Shown: one piece after another, positions 36,976 to 46,011 of the stretch
How positions within the stretch are numbered: the first letter of the stretch is position 1
How the letters are laid out: the number at the start of each line of letters is the position of its first letter
IMG/VR virus record: IMGVR_UViG_3300031760_000042
Span: 6,500 to 70,499 of that record
Length of the DNA stretch: 64,000 nt
From: a virus
Lineage: Duplodnaviria; Caudoviricetes
Reading direction: 5' to 3' (one strand)
The notes under the pieces: model-generated
The model's input: only the letters and a program-made list of their open reading frames with translations
What the model was told of the DNA's origin: nothing
The model's database searches: none
Position numbers and translations under genes: made by a program

Positions 36976-37887
36976 TTAATAAAAATAGCCCTGACCGGAA
37001 CAAGGGGTCTGAGGCTGAAAGCTTCCGCGGTTGCATCCGTTTGGATTCTGTACAATATAAGCCGGTCTTGGAGTTGGATTTACATACTGCTCGATTTCGT
37101 TAGCAAGGGCTCTCTGACCAGCAGAAATCGCAGCAGTCTGAACATCCTGAGAAGACTGTCCACGAGAGAACATAAGCTCAGATCTAAGCTGTGCGATAAT
37201 ATCATCCTTAGCGTCCATCTTGTCCTGACACATCCGATCTTTGATGGACTGGAAGCCCGCGTTCATAGTGGTTACAAGGAGGTTTGTGTTATTGACACCC
37301 TGAGCTGTTACAGCCTGAAGAGCATCGCCTACAGCGGCTCTGTCTGCACAAGCCTCGGTAGCAACGGTATACTTGAGGTCTGCTGTTGCGGCACGATTAT
37401 CACAGCAGCACTGGTTTACAGACGCCTGAAGAGCGTTCATAGCCTGCATTGTAGCAATCTGGGAGTTAAAGCTCTGCTGCATGTCTGCCATCTGACGAGC
37501 ATTAGCAGCGATCTCAGCCTGTGAGAAACCATTTGTGACGGCGTTATTTAACGAGGAGAAACCAGAACACATAGCCTGCTGGTTAGCTGCGAAACCGTTT
37601 ACCTGTCCAACATTAATATCACCAAGAGCACCCATAACAGCAGCCTGGTCGAAGCCTCTCTGAACTTCTGCTCCTGTGTTGGTGTTCATAATGTACGGAA
37701 CAGCTCCGCCACCAGCATTAGCGTTTCCACCCCAGCCACCAAAGCCGTTGCCGCCAACAAAGGCGAAAAGGAATAAGACAATAAGCCACCAGGCTCCGTC
37801 ACCGCCTCCCCAGAGACCGTTGTTTCCATTACCATTGTTTGTTACTGCCGCGATGTCAGCTGGAGACATTTCATTAGAAGTTATCAT
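36976..37887 (-). CDS. Spore-coat-like Gly/Asn/Gln-rich protein
   Basis: MSPADIAAVT...GAWWLIVLFLFAF..GG.GFGGWGG...CCCDNR...PTPRPAYIVQNP...C. Confidence 0.7.
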   Translation of the reverse strand: MITSNEMSPADIAAVTNNGNGNNGLWGGGDGAWWLIVLFLFAFVGGNGFGGWGGNANAGGGAVPYIMNTNTGAEVQRGFDQAAVMGALGDINVGQVNGFAANQQAMCSGFSSLNNAVTNGFSQAEIAANARQMADMQQSFNSQIATMQAMNALQASVNQCCCDNRAATADLKYTVATEACADRAAVGDALQAVTAQGVNNTNLLVTTMNAGFQSIKDRMCQDKMDAKDDIIAQLRSELMFSRGQSSQDVQTAAISAGQRALANEIEQYVNPTPRPAYIVQNPNGCNRGSFQPQTPCSGQGYFY

Positions 37888-38031
37888 TTAGTACCTCCTA
37901 TGTAAAAATTTGGAAATAGAAATATAAAAAAAATTAGAGGCTAATGCCAGAATTGACAAAAGCCTCTTTTTAACAACTCGGAAGCGTGATTGGAATTAAA
38001 TATGCTTGAGAATTAAGCTTCTGAGTTGTTG

Positions 38032-38229
38032 TTAACTTGTTGTGTAATTTTGAAAAGTATCATAATTACTCGGTTGTGAATTACAAAGCTCGATGCATTT
38101 TTTAACAGCGTCTGGATTATCTAAAAACGATGAAAATAATATGGCCCACAAAACGTCATTAAAATTGTCTGATTCGTCAACAACGTGTTTTAAAAACTCT
38201 TTTGCGTCTTCGAAGTTCACACGCCACAC
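38032..38229 (-). CDS. Small hypothetical protein
   Basis: GAGGTG RBS. Confidence 0.4.
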   Translation of the reverse strand: MWRVNFEDAKEFLKHVVDESDNFNDVLWAILFSSFLDNPDAVKKCIELCNSQPSNYDTFQNYTTS

Positions 38230-38280
38230 CTCTTTCGACTATTAAAAGTCTTTTACTGTTTTAAAGTGTCCTTTTCAACG

Positions 38281-40569
38281 TTAAATATATTCAATGTAAC
38301 AAATTCCACCAGTTGCAATCGATGTAGTTTCTCCAGTTGCCCACAACCTAACAGTTTCTTCTGAAATAAAGCCGACATCATTTACATTTATTATCTGTTC
38401 ATCCCTAAAAGTGCCAAGTGCAGTTTCCCCGTAAACTGTATTCTCGTCTGATGTTCCTATATGCAATTGATAAGATGTGCTTGCACCACTAACTGCGTTT
38501 CTATGCAGATGTATTCTTTTGATATAACACCCCGTTGGCAAATCAAAATCCATATATGCACCTGACTTCGGGAATCCCGAGCCTTCTCTAAGAACGTTAT
38601 AAATTTTTACTGTAGGCTGTATTTGTTGGTTCACCCTTGCCTTTATGTTCATGTCAAAATCATTTGCAGAATAATTTTCTCCTTGTGATAAAACAGAGTT
38701 CCCGTTCCCTCTAATCCTTGCAGAGTTCCCTTCGACAGAGCAGTTTTTCCAAATAACATGTTGGGAGATGCAATTTTCAAAGTTAATAACGGCACACAAT
38801 CCTGATGTTACAGAAAAATTACTTATAGCGTGATACTTTAACGAACTCGAAAGCGCGCAATTCACGAAGTCTAAGCGCTTATTGCCCGACAGCATTACAT
38901 GATATTGACCACTTGATAAACTGTCTGCTCTTCCGATATTGCAATCAGTAAATGCAATCTTTCCACTATCTACTTGTTCTGTTTCGCATATAATGAGCCT
39001 ATGTTTATTGTGAAGTTCAAACCTCGTACCTATAAAGTTAATCCCCAAATTTGCAATGCCTTGATTTCCGCCATTAGGAAAATAGACTACCGCAGAAGAG
39101 GAATTCCCGTAGCAATCAAAATTTCCACCAAAGAATGATATGCACCCACCGTTAATAACTTCCAAAAGGTGGCTTGTACAATAAGCGCCTGATGCCACAA
39201 AATCAGTCGAAACACTTTGTGGATTATCTAATATAAAAGCTGTCTTGTGTGCTTCAAAACCGCACTGAATAAAATGATTCAGGTCAGCGTTGCCCGTTCC
39301 AGTAAACTTTGCAATTGTTCCAAAGATAAACTGACATCTTGTAAAACGCAGTTGTTTTTCCATGCCCGTTGAATACAGCAAAAATCCATTCCCATAAGTT
39401 GGATCATCTGCAAAAAAGCCTAAGTCGACAAATGTTATTCTTGGAAATGTTTCATCATCTGTTGAGTCATATAGCCAACATTCTGTATTATTAGTGAGCA
39501 GCTTTATTTGAGATGCATATTTCCCTTCGCCCGTCAGCATTAAACCGTTAAAGAATGGCACAACAGACGAATCTTGAAAAACTTTTGGTTGAACGGCATA
39601 GGTTCCTTCGGGGAAATGAACTCTGTTGACATTGTTTTCGGAGCAATACAGAAGCGCATCTTGTATTGCTTGACTATCGTCCGCAACTCCATCCCCAACA
39701 GCACCGAACATCTCTGGTGTTACATAGTCCTTGATGGTCTTCAGCTTCAAAGCATCTGCAAGCTTTGCTTCTGTGATTGATCTGTTCTGCACCGTAGTAG
39801 TCACTTCTGGATGATCGTTAAGCCAATCAGACACAGCTTGTCCTGTCTGCTCGTCGGTAGGAAGTCCAACGGTCGACCATACAGATCCATGACCTTCGTT
39901 CGATGCCGTTAAAATATATCCCTGAGTAGCTGTCTTTCCGTAATTTAAAGCACTCTTTAAGTCAGTAATCTCATCTCCTGTAACCTTAGCGTCCGCAGCC
40001 TCGCCGTCTCCGGTAAGAGTCTTATCGGTCACGAACGCTGTGGAATTGTATACGCCGCCATCAGCCCAGCTTGAGCCATTGTAGTAATACCAGTGTCCAG
40101 AAGCGTATCCGGATTCCGAGCCGGTATAGACATAAATCTTTGTTACATCGGTCATAGCGGAAGCCGTCGCAGCCCGTAAAGGAGATCCGACAGCCGCTTT
40201 TCTTGCATAAGTACTCTCAACCTCGGACTTCTTAGCATACGTACCCTCGATATCATCCATTGTAGGGACAAGTACGCTTTCGGTGTCGGGATCGATCCAA
40301 AGTTCAGTGTGCGGAGAAGTAGGCTCTGTGTTGGATACAACGATCATGTCTCCTACCGCCTTGGCATCAGCAGGCATACCTTCTTCGTCCATCGTAGAGC
40401 TGGTCTCGATAATGTCGTCAATGCCGCACTGATAGTCGCCGCCAATAAGCCATTCCGTGCCGCTCCAGAAATACCAGCAGCCGGTGATCATTCCTTCCTC
40501 GTGACCGGTATAAACATAGTATTTATCGTAATCGGTCATCTGAGATTTCGAAGAAGCTACATATTTCAT
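38281..40569 (-). CDS. Tail spike/fibre with pectate-lyase-3-like beta-helix (depolymerase candidate)
   Basis: Two KIYVYTG..G...G.WYYY repeats; DLKSA; YVTPEMFGAVGDGVADDSQAIQDAL...FPEGTY. Confidence 0.8.
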   Translation of the reverse strand: MKYVASSKSQMTDYDKYYVYTGHEEGMITGCWYFWSGTEWLIGGDYQCGIDDIIETSSTMDEEGMPADAKAVGDMIVVSNTEPTSPHTELWIDPDTESVLVPTMDDIEGTYAKKSEVESTYARKAAVGSPLRAATASAMTDVTKIYVYTGSESGYASGHWYYYNGSSWADGGVYNSTAFVTDKTLTGDGEAADAKVTGDEITDLKSALNYGKTATQGYILTASNEGHGSVWSTVGLPTDEQTGQAVSDWLNDHPEVTTTVQNRSITEAKLADALKLKTIKDYVTPEMFGAVGDGVADDSQAIQDALLYCSENNVNRVHFPEGTYAVQPKVFQDSSVVPFFNGLMLTGEGKYASQIKLLTNNTECWLYDSTDDETFPRITFVDLGFFADDPTYGNGFLLYSTGMEKQLRFTRCQFIFGTIAKFTGTGNADLNHFIQCGFEAHKTAFILDNPQSVSTDFVASGAYCTSHLLEVINGGCISFFGGNFDCYGNSSSAVVYFPNGGNQGIANLGINFIGTRFELHNKHRLIICETEQVDSGKIAFTDCNIGRADSLSSGQYHVMLSGNKRLDFVNCALSSSLKYHAISNFSVTSGLCAVINFENCISQHVIWKNCSVEGNSARIRGNGNSVLSQGENYSANDFDMNIKARVNQQIQPTVKIYNVLREGSGFPKSGAYMDFDLPTGCYIKRIHLHRNAVSGASTSYQLHIGTSDENTVYGETALGTFRDEQIINVNDVGFISEETVRLWATGETTSIATGGICYIEYI

Positions 40570-40574
40570 GTGAG

Positions 40575-40817
40575 TTACCTCTTACCTTTCATTCCATTTT
40601 GAAGTTGGGTGGCCATCTGAGAAAGCTGCTGAAACTGCTCCTGACTCATCTGTCCGGAATTAAGAAGCTGCTGAACTCTCTGTCTTGGATCGCCGGAAAA
40701 CGTGGATCTGAACTGGTTAAAAGCGTTCATAAAGTTCGCCATGTTCGCAAAAGGTCCGTTATTCACAGGAGCCGGTCCCGGACTGCCACCAAAAAGATTA
40801 AATATCGAGTTAGCCAT
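40575..40817 (-). CDS. Conserved Gln-rich small protein
   Basis: MANSIFN...DPRQRVQQLLNSGQMSQEQFQQL. Confidence 0.7.
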   Translation of the reverse strand: MANSIFNLFGGSPGPAPVNNGPFANMANFMNAFNQFRSTFSGDPRQRVQQLLNSGQMSQEQFQQLSQMATQLQNGMKGKR

Positions 40818-41238
40818 TATTATTCACCGCCTTGTTATTCTTCTTGTTTGGTTTGATCATACTTTTAAGCTCAGCCAGTTTTTCCTCAAATTCAGCCCTT
40901 GTAAGATACGGGCTCATGTCAATCTGAGGTATCTGAGTCTGAGCTTGAGCAACCTGAGGGACTTCTACAGGCTCTGGCCGGCGTTCCTTATAGTCGAAGA
41001 TTCTAAGCGGTTTTGCCATTCCGAGATTGTCTACGGTTTTGATGTAGAACACATCAGACTCTCTATCCATGATGAAAGCACTCTGTCCGGGTGGTACAAC
41101 GAATCTTTCTGCTTCCTCCGTACCATTAACCCAGACTAACTGCGGCTGAGGAACTGTCGTAGTTGTTTGAGTCTGTGCCGGGTATGGAGCTGCTGTATAC
41201 GGATACGTCGGTTGTCCGTATGGATTATAGTACGCCAT
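40810..41238 (-). CDS. Conserved Pro/Gln/Tyr-rich protein
   Basis: LVWVNG.EEA...V.PG....MD.E..VFYIKT.D..G...LRIFDYKE. Confidence 0.7.
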   Translation of the reverse strand: MAYYNPYGQPTYPYTAAPYPAQTQTTTTVPQPQLVWVNGTEEAERFVVPPGQSAFIMDRESDVFYIKTVDNLGMAKPLRIFDYKERRPEPVEVPQVAQAQTQIPQIDMSPYLTRAEFEEKLAELKSMIKPNKKNNKAVNNNG

Positions 41239-41242
41239 AATA

Positions 41243-44200
41243 TCACTCCTTTACTTTGTCGAGTACCAGAGCCTCGAGCCTTGCTATACGATCTTCTAAG
41301 TCTTGTATTTTCTTGGTCTGTTTCTGAACTTTGGCTGTAAGCAGAGCTATGATGTCGTTATAGTGTAAATATAACCGTTTACCTTCAGTGTCGAGCTTAA
41401 CTAGATTTGGAACAACCTCTTGTACATCCTGAGCTATGAATCCAAAGCGATCTTCGTCGGTGTCTTTAAACTTATATATAACCGGTTTAAGATCGTCGAT
41501 AAGATCGCCGTCAAGCTCGTAACGAATGTCTTCTTTAAAACGTCTATCAGAAGGAAACGGGCCGGGACCGGTTGACGTAGAAACGTACCACTCATATGAT
41601 CCAGCGTGCATATGACAACCGCCCTTATTACTGTCGCTATTCCAACTTCCGTTAATCCAAATGTTAGAATCGTATTCTAATTTCGCTTCGGATTCTTTAA
41701 GCGTTACGTTTCGATCATCCTTCGAAATTTTTATTTCGTTGCTGTTTCCATACAGAACAACACCCTCTCGAGCCTTTGCCTCAAACGTAGAGTTGTTAGC
41801 TGTCACGTAATTGTTATCACCAGCTCGTATGGTTGTTCCATTAGAACTTGCTTTAATACGTTCGTACCAAGTATCATTAACCTTTGTCTGTAGGGTAAAG
41901 GTACTGTCTCCGGTATTTTCTTTAAAATACTTTGCAGACCGGTTGGCAATAGATAAAACATCATCTATCTCAGACTGATATGACGATGCTGTCCATGGCG
42001 TTATATGCGTAACTAGACCGTTTTTAACAATAATATTGGCCTTACCGAGCTGTACTTCGGAACCCGTATCACCCTGACTAATGCCACCAAACGGATTTGA
42101 ATTCACAAGAAAGCCCTTATAAAATCTTAATCCACCGTTTCCAAGAGGATACCAGCCGTTAAGTCCTTCGTCGTATTTAGCGTCATCCCTAGAATGAGTT
42201 TTAAGCCAATCCTGATCCGACCACTCCCAAGGCGGATAAATATGAATGCCACCGACATTGAAAGTAAAAGCATTACTCGTTATCAGTTCGCCGGTACCAC
42301 TTAATTTACCATCGACGTAGTCGTCGTTTAAGTAGAAACTCTGTGCTCCGGCCTGCATACGAACACCAGAATCAGTAGCTATGAAATACCTCAAATATCC
42401 TGGTTCCTCAACGCCAGCGGTTATTCGTTTTGTATTGGAGATCATTATTCCCTCGGTACTAACATATGTAGCGCCAACAGGTCTGCTTCCTTCTCCATAT
42501 CCGATATAACCACCAACAGCGTCACCTGTTTGCTCTTCGAATACGCCCATAAGACCGTACAGACGTATGTATCTTGCAAGTAATTCGCCGGTAGTGATAA
42601 GATCTGCGTTTATACTACCGTCGCTTTTGATACCAATCTTGACGTCATTTCCATCGAAGAACCCAAGGCCGTTCATATTCCAACGCCAGAACCGTGTGGC
42701 CTGTGTATAGTCTTTGGTTTCGGTGAAATATATAGCGTCAGAATAACCGTCGTCACCCTCGACAATTGTAATCGTGCCGTTCGTACGAGAATCGAGAATC
42801 ATCTTGGCATTCTCTTTTGCTCTCTGAAGAACCTTATAACCGGCCGATCCGATCTCTTTTAAAATATCCCCAGAAGTTGGAATGGCTCCGAGCTGATCGT
42901 AAATATCATTCGTATCATTACCAACAGAAGCTGTATACGAGTCTCGAGGTTTGTCTCCAAGAGTAAAAGTCGTGTTCTCTGGATGATCAAGCGGAATATC
43001 AAGCTTTGTAACCGGGAATTCGTGGTTCATACCGTGCGGTCTTGAGACAGCTTTCACACGATCAAGAAGCTGAATTCGATCATAATCAACATCAAGATAG
43101 TTAAGGTCAAGAGCATTAACGCTAAGTACCAGATTATTAAACTGGTAGTCAGACAGATACCATCTCGCAAGAGCGAGAAGCTTAGCTGGATCGTCAATAT
43201 AATCCCAGGTTACAACCTTCTCAAGTCTTCCATAAGTCGCTACTGTGTCTGCGTTCTCAACATAATCAAGATTGTTATTAACTGTTCGTACACTTACTCG
43301 TTTCTCGATACCGTCAAGTTCACCATCTGTAAAGTGAGCATCGAACTCGTGTACTATGTGGTAAATATTCTTTACACGATACTGAACGTAAATATTAAAA
43401 CCGTACGACTTATTTGAATCGATGTTCGCAAACGAGCATGTTCCTGTTACATCGTCGTGCTGACCGGCTTTAACAATCTTTGTGGCGCCATATCCATATA
43501 AGTTCCCACGATCAGGATCAACGAGGATCACTTCGATTTGATACTCGTAGTCGACGGTTGACGACGGAGGAGACCAAGTGTTATGGAAAGTAATGTCAAA
43601 GTGGGTTTCGTGTATCCGGGAACTTGTCGAAGTATAAACATTTGTATAAGTACCCTCGATTACATGATTACCGTGTTCGTCGTCAACCAGTATAGGAACA
43701 GCCATTGCCGCATGATAAAGAGTACGATAACACTGATACGGTTCCGGAAGCCAGTCCCAGGTGGTCGATCCAAGTTGTCTCCAAACTCCATCCGATGTGG
43801 TTCTCTTGTAATTTACATAAACGTTAATCCAGTAAGTACGATTATTATCAAGTCCTGTAAAAGAGCAATAATTCGTGAAAAGAACCGCATCTCCAGGATC
43901 AGCAGTAACCTCGTTTCCGTATTTAGTAATTTTGCCGTTTACAGGATCGTCAAGAATAAACTCCAGGCGGTAAATATAATAGCTATCCGTAGGAGCTGTG
44001 AGGTTTTTAAGATCCACAGCAAAGTCAACGTTGTATATGTTTCCACCAAGAGCGTTATAATAAACATCGTACGTGCCCTCGATTACCGGATTTCCGTACT
44101 CGTCGTCTGTTCGTATAGGCCAAGTTCCAACCCCGTGATTAATCTGTCTGGCACACATATACGGTTCCGGAAGCCAATCATAGTTTGGAGCCTCGGTACC

Positions 44201-45286
44201 GTTTCGTTTGGATTCAACGTAAGCTTCGTATCGGTACTTAAGATTTGGTTCGAAATCTCGAATCAGATAAGTCCAGGACTGGTTATTGGTAGCACCCGGT
44301 TCGAGCGTCCATACCTCACTGTGAGCAAACGCTGGAGCAAACCTCTCATCGGCAGGATACCTTGGATCGTAAAGGATCAGCACAATTTCGTAGTCATAAG
44401 AGCTGTCTCTCGGCACTCCGTGGTTAATCCATGTCAGATTAAACTCAACATCATACTGGTTGTTGTTCTTATGCCTTGTCTTTGTTATCTTACCCGTGAT
44501 TCCGTCGTTTTCTGTTTCATCTTCCAGCTTCTTACCTCTTGGGTATATAACTGTTGTGAGCTCGGTTTCGTCCCAGTTTCTCGTGAAGTCTAAGAGGTTT
44601 ACGCCAAAATCAATAATCTGCTCACTAAGATTCTGGTAGTCAGCAAGATAGTCCAAATATCTTACGCCACCGTCCTTACGAACCATTAAATGACCACCAT
44701 ATACGTCAAGAAGCGTATTCTTAATCACTTCCCATGTATTAGACATGTTGGCGGTCGTATTAATATCCTGATAATAACCAAAGTCGCCCGGATGAATCAT
44801 CCAGTTAGCCGACACATTACCAAGCGTAAACTGTCTGTGAGAGTCTGCTTTGGCGTTATAATTAGCTAAGACCGATCCGAGGAACTGGTCTATCGTCACA
44901 TCATCATAAGCAGAAGGTGGCTGCAAAATATCATTCAGATACGCAAGCTCGCCTTCACAGGTAAAAGCGTGATTACCGTAAAAGTCGCTCTCTTCGCTTA
45001 CAATCCTTCCAGACCAGATCTCGAGTCCGTTACGAACAACCGTGATTTCGGTTCTCATTCGAATGAGTTTACCAAATATCACACTGTCCGGAGTAATTGA
45101 AAAAGTAAAAGACCCCGCCGAGTTGTCAGCAAGGGTCAGTTTTGGGTTTATAAGCTTAAGTGTTGTATCCGGAGACCTGTCGTCATATATACAGATCATT
45201 TCATCCGAAATATCACTGGGCTGAGGAGGGCCGTCCTGCGATATGCTCGGATTTTTAAGCGTATGAGTCGCAAATACACCAAACAT
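41243..45286 (-). CDS. Baseplate hub/Tal-like tail protein with inserted repeats and C-terminal S74 autochaperone
   Basis: AGSFTF...GR....D....FTCEG prophage-tail N-terminus; C-terminal SDRRFKEDI...LKPVIYKF...GFIAQDVQEVVP. Confidence 0.85.
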   Translation of the reverse strand: MFGVFATHTLKNPSISQDGPPQPSDISDEMICIYDDRSPDTTLKLINPKLTLADNSAGSFTFSITPDSVIFGKLIRMRTEITVVRNGLEIWSGRIVSEESDFYGNHAFTCEGELAYLNDILQPPSAYDDVTIDQFLGSVLANYNAKADSHRQFTLGNVSANWMIHPGDFGYYQDINTTANMSNTWEVIKNTLLDVYGGHLMVRKDGGVRYLDYLADYQNLSEQIIDFGVNLLDFTRNWDETELTTVIYPRGKKLEDETENDGITGKITKTRHKNNNQYDVEFNLTWINHGVPRDSSYDYEIVLILYDPRYPADERFAPAFAHSEVWTLEPGATNNQSWTYLIRDFEPNLKYRYEAYVESKRNGTEAPNYDWLPEPYMCARQINHGVGTWPIRTDDEYGNPVIEGTYDVYYNALGGNIYNVDFAVDLKNLTAPTDSYYIYRLEFILDDPVNGKITKYGNEVTADPGDAVLFTNYCSFTGLDNNRTYWINVYVNYKRTTSDGVWRQLGSTTWDWLPEPYQCYRTLYHAAMAVPILVDDEHGNHVIEGTYTNVYTSTSSRIHETHFDITFHNTWSPPSSTVDYEYQIEVILVDPDRGNLYGYGATKIVKAGQHDDVTGTCSFANIDSNKSYGFNIYVQYRVKNIYHIVHEFDAHFTDGELDGIEKRVSVRTVNNNLDYVENADTVATYGRLEKVVTWDYIDDPAKLLALARWYLSDYQFNNLVLSVNALDLNYLDVDYDRIQLLDRVKAVSRPHGMNHEFPVTKLDIPLDHPENTTFTLGDKPRDSYTASVGNDTNDIYDQLGAIPTSGDILKEIGSAGYKVLQRAKENAKMILDSRTNGTITIVEGDDGYSDAIYFTETKDYTQATRFWRWNMNGLGFFDGNDVKIGIKSDGSINADLITTGELLARYIRLYGLMGVFEEQTGDAVGGYIGYGEGSRPVGATYVSTEGIMISNTKRITAGVEEPGYLRYFIATDSGVRMQAGAQSFYLNDDYVDGKLSGTGELITSNAFTFNVGGIHIYPPWEWSDQDWLKTHSRDDAKYDEGLNGWYPLGNGGLRFYKGFLVNSNPFGGISQGDTGSEVQLGKANIIVKNGLVTHITPWTASSYQSEIDDVLSIANRSAKYFKENTGDSTFTLQTKVNDTWYERIKASSNGTTIRAGDNNYVTANNSTFEAKAREGVVLYGNSNEIKISKDDRNVTLKESEAKLEYDSNIWINGSWNSDSNKGGCHMHAGSYEWYVSTSTGPGPFPSDRRFKEDIRYELDGDLIDDLKPVIYKFKDTDEDRFGFIAQDVQEVVPNLVKLDTEGKRLYLHYNDIIALLTAKVQKQTKKIQDLEDRIARLEALVLDKVKE

Positions 45287-46011
45287 TAAAGACTTCCCTC
45301 CTTGTATTCAAATATCACGTTCGCTGTACCAGACGTGGTTTTAAGCGTAAGCGTCACCTCGTCGCCATACATGACCATTCGAGGTGCTCTGTTCTCTCCA
45401 AGCTCAAATATCTCTGTTACGTCAATGTGTAGAGTGTCGTTTACAAACTGTATACTCGCTTTATTCGTAACAAGAGCATCCACATCAATAATAGGAGTCA
45501 CCGGAACAATTCCAAAGTGATCTTCATAGCTGGTAAGTGTATGAGTCTGAGCCGTCGTGGTGAGAGAATACTCTTTTTTCTGAGTCTCATGTGCCCACTT
45601 AAACGGCTCGACATTATAATCAATAGTTATGTTCGAAAAATGGTCACCGGACTTCCAGGCATTTACGGCAAATCGTCCTTCGTAATACCAGTCTGGATCG
45701 TCCTCAAGCACCATCTTCATCTTTTTTCCGTGCAGATAGTTTGAAATCTCCGAATAGACCTCAGCCCAGTCTTCGTGGTATTCAACCAATGAATAGGTGT
45801 CATTTACCACGATAAACTCGAAGCTTCCGGTACGATTAGAATATAACGGATAGCCAGTTAAAGCTTCGGTCATGTCTATCTGTCCATTCGCACCGGGAAT
45901 CTCCACCGCCTGAGTTTTTGGTGACGGCGGAGACACCACTGGACGAGACGTGGGGATCAGATGCCAGTCTTCCCACGTATTTTTATCTCCAAAATCTATG
46001 GAATGATACAT
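45286..46011 (-). CDS. Distal tail protein (Dit)
   Basis: IPGANGQIDMTEALTG...YSNRT...EDDPDWYYEGR; follows tape measure. Confidence 0.85.
   Translation of the reverse strand: MYHSIDFGDKNTWEDWHLIPTSRPVVSPPSPKTQAVEIPGANGQIDMTEALTGYPLYSNRTGSFEFIVVNDTYSLVEYHEDWAEVYSEISNYLHGKKMKMVLEDDPDWYYEGRFAVNAWKSGDHFSNITIDYNVEPFKWAHETQKKEYSLTTTAQTHTLTSYEDHFGIVPVTPIIDVDALVTNKASIQFVNDTLHIDVTEIFELGENRAPRMVMYGDEVTLTLKTTSGTANVIFEYKEGSL

Noticed and set aside
28014-45286. Diversity-generating retroelement or invertase shufflon acting on tail genes
   Set aside because: No reverse transcriptase or serine invertase seen, no TR/VR pair with A-specific mismatches, and the DLKSA repeats are all co-oriented.
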